From a virus, in IMG/VR virus record IMGVR_UViG_3300030117_004232, positions 1 through 64,000 of that record: a stretch of 64,000 nucleotides of DNA; one strand, written 5' to 3'. The translations under genes were made by a program, and so were the position numbers. The notes beneath the pieces were generated by a model, which saw nothing but the letters and a program-made list of their open reading frames with translations, did not search any database and was not told where the DNA came from. Of the stretch, positions 46,656 to 55,806 are shown piece by piece. Each line of letters starts with the position of its first letter. Positions within the stretch are counted from its first letter, which is position 1.

Positions 46656-47264
46656 TTACCAATCGACTTCGTACTCTTTTATGACACCATCGGTCCTCGA
46701 CCGCGCCCTGACGAATCCTTCTTCCACACCATGTTTCCACAGTTCGTACACCAATTCAGCATCTTTGAGACAATACTCAGCCACTTTGCTGTAGTTGCCC
46801 TTTCGCCATTCGACTGGTGCATCGTGGCTATTCATCAGTTTACCTTTGCTGAGTGTGTGGTAGCATGCGTCTGACAAGGGTACTGCGTGACCGACAATGG
46901 ACTTGAGTAGGAATGAAGTATCGAATATCTGTTCCTCTGATTTGGATAGCACATCACTGGCTGTCCAGCAATCTAGTCCATCACGAAGCACAGGTAAATC
47001 GAATCCCTTGAGATTGTGACCAAGTATCATCCCACCTTTGGCCACATGCTTGGCCATGTCCTCACCCAATGCTCTAGGGTGCAAAGGCTTGATGATAGTT
47101 CCCTCGGGCAAGAACTTCTCTACATTTTCATTGGAGTAAACTGTCCCTTGGTTGCCATCCCATGTGGCGACCACTGATGGCTCAAACAGATGGGTGTTAC
47201 CCCACCCCCCAATCTCGTGGGAGAAGTTGGTGGTCTCAATATCAAGTGCGAGCATATCAGTCAT
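46656..47264 (-). CDS. DEDD-family 3'-5' exonuclease (RNase H-like)
   Basis: LDIET, GHNLKGFDLP, YCLKD motifs (DEDDy). Confidence 0.85.
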   Translation of the reverse strand: MTDMLALDIETTNFSHEIGGWGNTHLFEPSVVATWDGNQGTVYSNENVEKFLPEGTIIKPLHPRALGEDMAKHVAKGGMILGHNLKGFDLPVLRDGLDCWTASDVLSKSEEQIFDTSFLLKSIVGHAVPLSDACYHTLSKGKLMNSHDAPVEWRKGNYSKVAEYCLKDAELVYELWKHGVEEGFVRARSRTDGVIKEYEVDW

Positions 47265-47392
47265 TTTTTCTTGGCCTCCTTAAGTTCCTTTACAAGTAGT
47301 GGTCTGTAGCAACTGATGCATCGCATGTAGTGGCTCGACGCCGTCTTCTGCTTACAGCCGGGGCATGTGTAGTATCTGTTACTTGCCATCAT
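47261..47392 (-). CDS. Small Zn-finger protein
   Basis: CPGC...CISC; ATG adjacent to the upstream stop. Confidence 0.5.
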   Translation of the reverse strand: MMASNRYYTCPGCKQKTASSHYMRCISCYRPLLVKELKEAKKK

Positions 47393-47393
47393 A

Positions 47394-48818
47394 TCACTTC
47401 TTTTGGTGTTCCTTTCTGAGTCTGAGGTACACACGGATACCTTCTCTTGTGTCTTTGAACATCTTAGCACCATACTCATTGAATTTGTTGTTGATTGTAC
47501 TTGGACTACTGAAATTAGAGATTTGAGAGAAAGCCTTCAGTAACTCTGACTTCTTTACCCACCCTTGTCCTCTTCTATCATCAAAGTCGAACCGTTCACA
47601 GCGATTAAAGGCATCCTTCCAGAACGCTTCCATCTGACCTTTCTCCTTGTTACCTGCACCCACCTTGACTTCCGATTCAAGCCAGTGGATAAGATTCTGA
47701 TACAGGTCGTAGAGAATCTCCTTGGCCATATCAATGTGGTCGCCTCTGAGTTCCCACGTACCCTCAATCATCGCCATGTGGTGGGCAAGTACAGCCGTAT
47801 AGTTCTGAAGACCCATGATGAACGATGCACAGACACCCTGCTTATCGGCTGACATGTTCTCGACCAGTGTGTAGTATTCGTCGATGGCCTGAATCAATGC
47901 AGGTACATAACCGGAATCGGGTCTGAACAGACGCTTCTCTTCACAGCAGATGCGCATGACTACCGCTTCTTGGTCATCTTCTGACATCTCATTCCACTCT
48001 AAGTCTGAGAGTCCGCTCAATTCGATGATGCGTGCTTCAAGTCGCTGTTGCAAGTTCGTGAAGTAAGTGGTGACTTCATCGAATGAGATTTCAAAGTCAG
48101 GCTGATTGTATTGTGCCTCAGCCAACTCGTGGTTGATTGCACGTCGCATCTCCAATGTCCAGTCACGCCAGTATGTCAGTACGCGCTGGAAGATACCTTT
48201 CTCCAAAACGTGTTCCTTCACACCCTTGGGTGGATAGGTCGTAATCCAAAGGGAGACCTCTGACTTGATGGTGAACGTATCTCTGGCCATGTGCTTGGTC
48301 AGATAGTTTCTACCTGTACCAGCAGAGTTTAGTGCAGATTGGAGGAATAGAGTTGTATTCTCATTGTGCTGTCCACCCTTGAGTAATACTGACCCTTCGT
48401 CGAAGTTCAGTCCCTTCCGCCCTGCGAGTAGACCGGGGCGTGTTATCATCTGTGGGTTCTGCCTGTCCTCATCGTCAGGGTCAGGTACGAGGGTGCCCAC
48501 TAGAGCAGCATCGTTACCGGAGTTGTAATCGACACTCTCTAAGTTTGCACCGTCGCATACTTTCTCAATCACTTGGAAGGCGGCTGACTTGCCTGTTCGT
48601 GTAGGCTGAATCCAGAACGTACTCACACGCGGGTCAAGGTTACTCCCACCCACTGGAATACGAACAAAAGGAATGGCCGCTTGTCCTTGAATGAAGAAGA
48701 ATGACAGCAGGCCCGGAATTTCGTTGTTCCGACTGACCTCATTGAAGTGGTCTAGATACCCTTTCAGGATGGGGTATTTCTGCACGCATTCGTACTTATC
48801 TGCGCGGTGCTCCATCAT
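47394..48818 (-). CDS. MCM-like AAA+ helicase (lacking the usual N-terminal domain)
   Basis: Walker A-like PTRTGKS, ALVGT, PGLL, Walker B LNFDE, Arg-finger-like GIFQR, C-terminal winged-helix-like region. Confidence 0.7.
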   Translation of the reverse strand: MMEHRADKYECVQKYPILKGYLDHFNEVSRNNEIPGLLSFFFIQGQAAIPFVRIPVGGSNLDPRVSTFWIQPTRTGKSAAFQVIEKVCDGANLESVDYNSGNDAALVGTLVPDPDDEDRQNPQMITRPGLLAGRKGLNFDEGSVLLKGGQHNENTTLFLQSALNSAGTGRNYLTKHMARDTFTIKSEVSLWITTYPPKGVKEHVLEKGIFQRVLTYWRDWTLEMRRAINHELAEAQYNQPDFEISFDEVTTYFTNLQQRLEARIIELSGLSDLEWNEMSEDDQEAVVMRICCEEKRLFRPDSGYVPALIQAIDEYYTLVENMSADKQGVCASFIMGLQNYTAVLAHHMAMIEGTWELRGDHIDMAKEILYDLYQNLIHWLESEVKVGAGNKEKGQMEAFWKDAFNRCERFDFDDRRGQGWVKKSELLKAFSQISNFSSPSTINNKFNEYGAKMFKDTREGIRVYLRLRKEHQKK

Positions 48819-48973
48819 GCCGATTCCTCCTCCTCTTCTAGTCGCTTGAGTAGTGCGAAGATTCCATTCATGGCTTCTACGTATTCCTTATCGTTTTGTT
48901 GCATGGCATACAGTAGATACTGCTGGTGAATACCCTCTAGTGCCTTTCTTGCTTTCTTAATTTCTGATTTCAT
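48815..48973 (-). CDS. 52-aa hypothetical protein (not in ORF track)
   Basis: MKSEIKKARKALEG...EEEESA exactly fills the gap, with coupled start/stop. Confidence 0.55.
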   Translation of the reverse strand: MKSEIKKARKALEGIHQQYLLYAMQQNDKEYVEAMNGIFALLKRLEEEEESA

Positions 48974-49684
48974 CTAATTCCCTCTCTTGTACTTCTTTTC
49001 CATTCGCACTGGTTCTTCCGAAGTCAGCACGTCAAGTAGGCGTTTACGTAGGGTTGGCCCCATGCCTTTGACTTGCTTCAGTGATTCTTGGAATAGCATC
49101 TCTTCGATAGAGCCGCACTTCTCTAGGGTACGGTCTACGAGGTCGGGACCAAATCCCGGTATAGCGAGTAGCATATCTGCTCTCACATCATTTGTACTTA
49201 CACGCGTAACGGCCTTGGCCCCATGACGGGATGCAGGCTTGTGCATTTTACTGTGTAATTTGGTGATGAACATGGCCGCTTCTGAGTGGTCCTTGGCTCT
49301 GTAAATGTGGCAGTCAAAGTCTGCCGTGATGCGTGCAAACGTACCGATGAGTTCGTTCATTACGCGTGAATAGGATAGGTTGCGACCCTGCTTCTTGTGG
49401 ATGGCGACGTGCTTGGCAATGTCACCGTGTACGACAAGGAACACCCTGTCGCAGTTGGCATCTAGGTTGTCTAGTTGGCGCATGAGGTGGCCACTATGAC
49501 TGGATTGGAACAAATCGGATAGGCTCTTGCACTCAACGTGTCCATAGCCACCGACCTTGTAATCGCCCATACCCTGCATGTGTACACGCTTGGTAGGGAA
49601 TCCTTGTTTCTCAGCCAAACGGATGACAGAATCGCAAAGGGGGCCGCGTTCATTTGTGTCGATAATGAGTGGTGGTGTCGGCAT
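48974..49684 (-). CDS. ERCC4/XPF (Hef/Mus81-like) structure-specific nuclease with HhH motifs
   Basis: IIDTNE, GDY, VECKSLSDL; HhH motifs IPGFGP and VKGMGP. Confidence 0.88.
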   Translation of the reverse strand: MPTPPLIIDTNERGPLCDSVIRLAEKQGFPTKRVHMQGMGDYKVGGYGHVECKSLSDLFQSSHSGHLMRQLDNLDANCDRVFLVVHGDIAKHVAIHKKQGRNLSYSRVMNELIGTFARITADFDCHIYRAKDHSEAAMFITKLHSKMHKPASRHGAKAVTRVSTNDVRADMLLAIPGFGPDLVDRTLEKCGSIEEMLFQESLKQVKGMGPTLRKRLLDVLTSEEPVRMEKKYKRGN

Positions 49685-49824
49685 TATTCATCCCCCTGTT
49701 TCTTGTGATGGCGGCAGTATTGTGACCCTTCTGCCTTCCATTGTTGACATGGTTTTCCCTCTGCGGTAGTTCCTTTACACAGCCCTCTGCTACTGGGCCT
49801 TGGTTTGGATATAGTGTGCTTCAC
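49684..49824 (-). CDS. Small C3H Zn-finger protein
   Basis: CKGTTAEGKPC...YCRHH; GTG start overlapping primase stop. Confidence 0.5.
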   Translation of the reverse strand: MKHTISKPRPSSRGLCKGTTAEGKPCQQWKAEGSQYCRHHKKQGDE

Positions 49825-50930
49825 TGTGGTTCCCCCTTGAGTGCGCCCGTCTTGTCCCAGTACCGACATTTGCCCAAGCACATTCCTTTCTTCCATAGCA
49901 TGGAACAGGTCTGTGGGTAATCTGTGTTCATGAGTGTGGATACTTGGTAGCGCGTGATGCCCTCGTCAAAGTCCGCCCACTCAAGCCCTCTGATAAAGTT
50001 TACAATGGTCTCAGTGTGCTTGTCGATGTCCTCTTGCTTGGCTCGTTCTAACGGTACGAAATTACGCATCCGCTTGGCCAAATACTTGACCAATTGAACC
50101 CGCGCATCGTGGCTGGGATTGCCACCCTTTTGGCAAGCCGCAGCATTCAGGCAGGGTAGGATAATGACGCCTTCCATGGACACGGTAGGCAAATCGATAG
50201 GAGTAGAATTAGGATTGAAAATTTGTGCCCGCTCTTCGGGCTTTTTGACAGGTAATGTGATGCCTGTCGAACCATAGGAAACCATGCCACTGCGAGGCTG
50301 CGCTGCCTTGTTCCAAATATGCTCAAGACCACGTTCAAGGTCGGTAGATGTCAGGGGAATAGACCAGAACCCACGCTTGGCATTATACGAGTTTGGAATG
50401 CGAATCATCCCACTGGTATCAAATGGTACTGCGGGGTCTGAGCAAAACAAATCTAAGTCACGGACCCAGTCGTTCACTATCTGCATACCTGCTTCCTTGA
50501 TAGCGGATAGGTGGGCACCACTTCCGGGGATGTATGCCTTGTCTAGTTCCACCCATACGTGAAAGCCACCGCCACTGTACCAGATGGCATGTGATGTATC
50601 GTTTGACAGTAGGAACTGGTGGAGTTTACGCGCTTGCTCTAGTGCGACCTCCACCTCTACATCCGGCCTGTTCTGAGCGCGGAAGTTCTTCGGGTCAAAG
50701 TCCAATACGAAATGGCGCACGATAGGAGTCATCAAATCGACTCTACGATTGTGTGGTTGCTGAGTAGCACGGTATCCATACACGGTTGTGAATGCATTGG
50801 ATACTCCATTCTTACCTTGCCAGTATCGCTCAAAGTCCTCAGTGTCTGCCACCAACTTACGGAACCCCTTACCCTTCTCAGTAGAGAGTTCCATAACTTC
50901 GCGTGGGAAATCAAACACCATCTTCATCAT
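49821..50930 (-). CDS. Archaeo-eukaryotic primase, PriS catalytic domain fused to PriL-like Fe-S domain
   Basis: LDFD, SGGGFH, D...IRIPNS; then LPC, HDAR..L and C...C..C; GAGGTGA RBS. Confidence 0.85.
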   Translation of the reverse strand: MMKMVFDFPREVMELSTEKGKGFRKLVADTEDFERYWQGKNGVSNAFTTVYGYRATQQPHNRRVDLMTPIVRHFVLDFDPKNFRAQNRPDVEVEVALEQARKLHQFLLSNDTSHAIWYSGGGFHVWVELDKAYIPGSGAHLSAIKEAGMQIVNDWVRDLDLFCSDPAVPFDTSGMIRIPNSYNAKRGFWSIPLTSTDLERGLEHIWNKAAQPRSGMVSYGSTGITLPVKKPEERAQIFNPNSTPIDLPTVSMEGVIILPCLNAAACQKGGNPSHDARVQLVKYLAKRMRNFVPLERAKQEDIDKHTETIVNFIRGLEWADFDEGITRYQVSTLMNTDYPQTCSMLWKKGMCLGKCRYWDKTGALKGEPQ

Positions 50931-50937
50931 AATCACC

Positions 50938-51216
50938 TCAATTTCGGTATTTCTCGACAATTTCGTTCAGAACTCTCAGCAATTCCTCTGTGTCTTGGAA
51001 AAGGCGGCGGTTCAGTGTGATGTACATGGGGCCTTCTTCGCCTGATTCCATGTCAGGGGCATATTCGTACAGGCTCTTCTGTATGGCTACTGAGTAGTCC
51101 TTGCTCTGCCCAAGGTGGTCAAAGGATACGATAGTAGGACGACCAACGATGTGCTTTAGCAGTGTGTCACATATCATCGACACCGTGCGCGTTGTCAGTT
51201 CTTTTCTCGGCGTCAT
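50938..51216 (-). CDS. Hypothetical protein
   Basis: Coupled ORF with GGAGG RBS. Confidence 0.5.
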   Translation of the reverse strand: MTPRKELTTRTVSMICDTLLKHIVGRPTIVSFDHLGQSKDYSVAIQKSLYEYAPDMESGEEGPMYITLNRRLFQDTEELLRVLNEIVEKYRN

Positions 51217-52211
51217 GCTTCGGCCTCCCATGCTTTGCGATATTCTTCGGGGTCATCGCTTCCATCCCATGCAGGGCAGATACCCTTGAATGAACAGTAT
51301 GAACATCTACCTTGACTTGGGTTAGTCTCAAAGTTGTTTGTCAAGTAAGCCATGAGCAGAGCATCGACCATGCGTCGAACTTTCTTGGCATAGTCGTTAT
51401 GGCGACGACCTGTGCATGGTTCGTACCAAATACGATTGGTGGACTTCTGCTCATATCCCCACTTGTTCATTGAAGGGACTTCGACATGGTCACCTGACGG
51501 ATAGACCCAGCCCCAGTGCGTCACATCTTGGTATTCGTGGTCGCACAGTTCAAGCAGTTTCTTGTAGAACATCATCTCAGTGCGCATCGACTTGACCTTG
51601 AAGTCTGAATCAATCCAGTTGCCATCCTTCAGAGTTTTTATCCATTTACCTGTCTTCAATTCCATGAGGGCTACTGAACCTTCAGGTGTGCGGAATCCTC
51701 GGTCAATCATACCCGCATAGTGTACAGGAATGGTGATGGTTTCACCATTGAACTCAATGGTTTCATCAGTGAATCCGTGTAGTTCCAATTCGTTGATGAT
51801 GGGTAGGAATCGTGTGACTCCATCCCCAAGTAATCGGTCGAGGTCTATCTCTAATCGTGAATCAATCGCTGCCTGCTCGCCCAACACATAGGACTCTTCA
51901 GGTACAGGGAGGGCCTTCTGAAAGAGTTCCATGGCCTCATCCCTTTTGTTGGCTTGCAGCAAGTCATACGCCTTTTGGACATACGGAACGACGTTGACAT
52001 AGAAGCCTTCGATTGCATCGTGGACATTCGTACCCTTTGTCATCGCATCAGAGCCGGGTTCCGGTAACTTGTGTATGCGCTTGTATTCATACTGCTTAGG
52101 GCAGTAATCGAAATCACTCGTCAGGCTCGACTTGGTGATGCGTAGGTACTTCTCGTGCCCCGGCTTCCATTGGTATGTGGATTTGGCGTATTGCTTGAAG
52201 TCCCTAGCCAT
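51213..52211 (-). CDS. Cas4-like PD-(D/E)XK exonuclease with Fe-S cysteines
   Basis: CPKQY, GTNVH, GMIDR, ELKTG, CSYCSFKGIC. Confidence 0.85.
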   Translation of the reverse strand: MARDFKQYAKSTYQWKPGHEKYLRITKSSLTSDFDYCPKQYEYKRIHKLPEPGSDAMTKGTNVHDAIEGFYVNVVPYVQKAYDLLQANKRDEAMELFQKALPVPEESYVLGEQAAIDSRLEIDLDRLLGDGVTRFLPIINELELHGFTDETIEFNGETITIPVHYAGMIDRGFRTPEGSVALMELKTGKWIKTLKDGNWIDSDFKVKSMRTEMMFYKKLLELCDHEYQDVTHWGWVYPSGDHVEVPSMNKWGYEQKSTNRIWYEPCTGRRHNDYAKKVRRMVDALLMAYLTNNFETNPSQGRCSYCSFKGICPAWDGSDDPEEYRKAWEAEA

Positions 52212-52444
52212 CAGATGTTCCCCCTGTATTTTCGCTTCTCACTCTTCATGCCCACACGCTCAGTCGTGTTGACTGGTATCATGTCTGGGTCGAAGTCGGT
52301 GAGTTTGCTCTGAGTCTCCGGTACAAAGATGTTCGGGTCGAATTCATCCAGTGTGGTCTGCCTTGTTGTAATGCCACCGCATTGGCAGTATTGCTTACGC
52401 TCAGATATTTCTGGCTTCTTTCTGAATCTGTCAAACCACTTCAT
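52211..52444 (-). CDS. 77-aa protein with two PIP-box-like repeats
   Basis: QTTLDEFDPNI and QSKLTDFDPDM; GGAGGG RBS; coupled on both sides. Confidence 0.55.
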   Translation of the reverse strand: MKWFDRFRKKPEISERKQYCQCGGITTRQTTLDEFDPNIFVPETQSKLTDFDPDMIPVNTTERVGMKSEKRKYRGNI

Positions 52445-52629
52445 TCATTCCCCTCCATCTCAATCAGTTTCTGTAGATAGACTGCTAGGTCCATCGCTTC
52501 CTCTTGCGCGTGGATAAGCCACTCTAATCGTGTGAGTGGGGCTGTCTCCATTGTGACGCCATACTTCTGTTTACCAACGTCTGAGCGTTGTTGTATCTTC
52601 TTGCATACTTCATCTTCTACTCTACTCAT
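52441..52629 (-). CDS. Small helical phage protein, possibly MazG-like NTP pyrophosphatase
   Basis: G..KYG.T...W..HAQEEAMDLAVY pattern (EExxD). Confidence 0.45.
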   Translation of the reverse strand: MSRVEDEVCKKIQQRSDVGKQKYGVTMETAPLTRLEWLIHAQEEAMDLAVYLQKLIEMEGNE

Positions 52630-52633
52630 ATTA

Positions 52634-55027
52634 TCACCCATACCTCTTCGGTCGTGCTGCACCTGCTGCGAAATCTAGATTCCAATTCAGTGCGTTGAAT
52701 ATACTCTTAACCTTGGACTTGACCAACTTGTCCACCATCGTGTCATAGTCAAGTGTGTAACCCGCCAAGTCTGCCTCCTCACGATATGCGACGATGTCTG
52801 TCTTTGGCAAGCCATCCGGTACGCCACTGACATACACCCAGTTTACGCTATTTCCCTCACCCATGCGCTCGGACTTACCTTTCGCAATGTGTTCGTTGTA
52901 GTAACGTGCGCCCTTAACGCCCGGTACGCCCGCACTAGGGGCATACTGATTGAGTTTCTTTTGGATGCGGGTGGTGCCTGTGATTTCTGATATATCGACA
53001 TCGCCTCTAGCAATTCGCTTGGATAGTGGGCGCACCATATCAATGACCTCATCCTCATCTGCACCTGTGCAAACGGCTGTCAGTACATCGTTCTCCAAAT
53101 TCTTGGAGATGGGAGCGAGCGTGCTGATTTTACCAAACCGAGCAGACTTGACTTTGCCCTCATCTTCGGGTGGCCAAGAGCAGATGCCATAGTACAGGTT
53201 CTTCCCTGCAACCAACCAGTAGGGCATGTATGCCTCAAACTCTACGATGAGTGCGTGCTCTTGGTAGCGTCGTTGAATCTCTTCAGTCAGATGCTTAGCG
53301 AGTGCAGGTGCCTCGTCGAATGGCACTTTGACAAAGGCAGAGTCCGTGTGCCCGTATAGGGCCTCGTAGCCCTGTGCCTGCGACTCTTCCATGAGGAACT
53401 TGATAGCGCGACGACCGCAGGCTGTGATTGCACTGGCGATGTCAAAGTCTGACCAACCCCAGTGTGCAGATGCAGTCATCCCGTAGAAAGAGGCCATGAC
53501 ACGCTTCACTGCAAGTTGCATGGTGTTCCATCCCTTTCTCTCAGTTTCTGTCGCAGACTCTTTCATTTTCTTCTTGTACATATCACGGAGGTCAAACATC
53601 TCAGTCACAATACGTGGAAGCAGGCCCGGTTCACCCTGTTGCCAACAAGTACCATCAGGTAACTCATGTACATCATCGTCGTTGGCTCTACCTTTGGGCA
53701 CGCGTGTCTCCCATGAGAAGTTGTGACTAAGGATAAGGCTCGGGTACAGACCCTTGTAATCTAAACACGCTACGCCTTCATAGCGCCCCGGTGTGGGTGG
53801 TGGAATGTATGCACCTTCGTACTCTTGCTTCTCTTGTTGAGAGCGAGTCGGTGCTTTCCAATGTGTGCGCCTCGACAGGAGGCCCCGCGCAAACCGAGTC
53901 ACGTTGTGACAAGATGTGAACGAAACGCCTGTGATTCGTTGGAGTGATAAGTAAAAGTTCAGAACGTGATTTTCCTCATCTATTTTTTTGAGGAGGAGGA
54001 CATCCTGCATACAGTATGCGACGTAATCATCGAAGCGGTCATACCATCCCGTATGTACGTCCATCTCAAACTTTCCACCATAGCCAAGAGTCTCAGCAAT
54101 GGTGTTCAATTTGAGGTTCTTGAGTTGGGGTTGGCCACTGTCTTTCCATACCCGCTCAAAGCCAGTCCCACTTCTCAGCGGGGCCGCTGTGTCGAAGCAA
54201 AGTCGACCGCAAATCGGCTGTGCTGTGTAGTCATATCCTCGGTTCCCTTGAGGTGGTCTGAGCACTCTTCCGAGTGGACTTAGTCTCCTAAACTCAGGGA
54301 AACGCCTGACAATGTGGGGAAGGTCGGCCCACATTATCGCATGTGCAACGAAGATGTCAGGGTTGCATTCTTCCAGATATTCAAAGAATGCTTGGTACAT
54401 AGATTCCTCATCCATGTACAGATGTTGTTCGTATGTGAAGTGGTGGCGAATCCCATCTTCGTCAGTGTTATCGACTTCGACATTTTCTATAGAAACCAAA
54501 CCATTCTCATCTACTTCTCCCAAATCTTTGGCTCGATAATTGGATGATTCTGACCAACAGAAAACTACATTCCTTTCGTTGTAACTATCTGTGACGGCCA
54601 TGACGGTCGTGAAATCCTTCTTTGGGTCCCACTCAAGGTCAAAGTGCCAAACGCGGGGCTTCCACTCAGGCATTTCATCTATAGAATCAATGAGGTATCT
54701 GTCTGTCAAACTGAGGTCACCCTCCCACGTTTGGCCGAATTCCTTGGTCATCTCCCTGATGTCCGTCGTTCTATAGGCGTAGACCTTGACCAACTCTTCA
54801 TTTGTCCGCAACGCCTGAGCACGGTCATACCAGTCGATAGACGAGCCCGGATACCGAGCAAGCGCACGGTCTATAATTCTCTGAGGGGTGCTGGCCTTAA
54901 TCCAGAAGTAAGGTTGGAAGTCTTCGACCACCTCTTCGATGAGGTTTCCATCAGCGTCACGCCACCGTTTGTAGATGTGGTCGGGACCTTCTGGGTCTGG
55001 TCTGAAGACATCGATAATCATGTTCAA
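52634..55027 (-). CDS. polB: Family B DNA polymerase with proofreading domain
   Basis: ExoI FDLE, ExoIII YCMQD; motif A DYKGLYPS, B KRVMASFYG, C YGHTDS; KNLYYG. Confidence 0.95.
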   Translation of the reverse strand: MNMIIDVFRPDPEGPDHIYKRWRDADGNLIEEVVEDFQPYFWIKASTPQRIIDRALARYPGSSIDWYDRAQALRTNEELVKVYAYRTTDIREMTKEFGQTWEGDLSLTDRYLIDSIDEMPEWKPRVWHFDLEWDPKKDFTTVMAVTDSYNERNVVFCWSESSNYRAKDLGEVDENGLVSIENVEVDNTDEDGIRHHFTYEQHLYMDEESMYQAFFEYLEECNPDIFVAHAIMWADLPHIVRRFPEFRRLSPLGRVLRPPQGNRGYDYTAQPICGRLCFDTAAPLRSGTGFERVWKDSGQPQLKNLKLNTIAETLGYGGKFEMDVHTGWYDRFDDYVAYCMQDVLLLKKIDEENHVLNFYLSLQRITGVSFTSCHNVTRFARGLLSRRTHWKAPTRSQQEKQEYEGAYIPPPTPGRYEGVACLDYKGLYPSLILSHNFSWETRVPKGRANDDDVHELPDGTCWQQGEPGLLPRIVTEMFDLRDMYKKKMKESATETERKGWNTMQLAVKRVMASFYGMTASAHWGWSDFDIASAITACGRRAIKFLMEESQAQGYEALYGHTDSAFVKVPFDEAPALAKHLTEEIQRRYQEHALIVEFEAYMPYWLVAGKNLYYGICSWPPEDEGKVKSARFGKISTLAPISKNLENDVLTAVCTGADEDEVIDMVRPLSKRIARGDVDISEITGTTRIQKKLNQYAPSAGVPGVKGARYYNEHIAKGKSERMGEGNSVNWVYVSGVPDGLPKTDIVAYREEADLAGYTLDYDTMVDKLVKSKVKSIFNALNWNLDFAAGAARPKRYG

Positions 55028-55785
55028 TCCTCCTCATACTCTTGGTCGATGACCACCATTAGGAAGTCAGTACTTACTTGCTTGAGCACTATCACGCACT
55101 CGTCACTTGTGTGAATGTCGAGTTCCCCACTGGGGAGATTCTCCAATAGTTCAGGCAACCAATAGTCGAATGCTGAGCGTGCAGAAATGTCAGGCGATTC
55201 GATGTCAATGAGCGGGGCTCGTACAAACATCTTGCCCTTGTTGGATGAGCCACCACGAATCACCAACTCTGCACCTTGGGGGTCGAACTCAGTCTTGCAT
55301 GAGAACTTACTACCCACGACCTTGCTAAACTTACTTGCAGGTTTCAGCGATTCGGCTGTAACTTTCGCATGGTATTTGAGTGGGAATCCTGCCCACTTCT
55401 GCCACATGCTTTCCTCAGCCTCACGGATTAGGCGACTCATCAATCCAACCTTGTCCTGTGATTGAATGTAGGATGATGTCGGTAACTGTAGGCTTGACGA
55501 TGGACCTACGATATGCAGGGTGCTCGCCTTGCCTGATTGAGTAATCTTGAGGTCGCCACTCTTCATGGTGCCCATGAACGCTTTGACCTTGGCCAAGTCA
55601 CTGATGTTCACCTTGCCCGGTTGGCTGACATCACACTCCACCTTTCTGCGGATGAAGTGTGTGTCCTTACCAACTGAGGCGTGGATGCCATCGCTCTTGG
55701 CTTCGATGACCAAGTCTGCTAGGTCCTTACCGAAACTGCTCAAGAAGTCCTTGAGGCCACTGTGTGAGATTGTAAATTCTGTCAT
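55024..55785 (-). CDS. Putative sliding clamp (PCNA-like)
   Basis: 253 aa, directly upstream of polB, two-domain alternating beta/alpha pattern; RFC encoded nearby; sequence is divergent. Confidence 0.55.
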   Translation of the reverse strand: MTEFTISHSGLKDFLSSFGKDLADLVIEAKSDGIHASVGKDTHFIRRKVECDVSQPGKVNISDLAKVKAFMGTMKSGDLKITQSGKASTLHIVGPSSSLQLPTSSYIQSQDKVGLMSRLIREAEESMWQKWAGFPLKYHAKVTAESLKPASKFSKVVGSKFSCKTEFDPQGAELVIRGGSSNKGKMFVRAPLIDIESPDISARSAFDYWLPELLENLPSGELDIHTSDECVIVLKQVSTDFLMVVIDQEYEED

Positions 55786-55806
55786 AGTATCATATCCTGT
55801 AAAGGG

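Noticed and set aside
51213-52211. Cas4-like gene as evidence of a CRISPR-Cas system
   Set aside because: No repeat-spacer array or other cas genes seen; solo Cas4-like nucleases are common in archaeal virus replication modules
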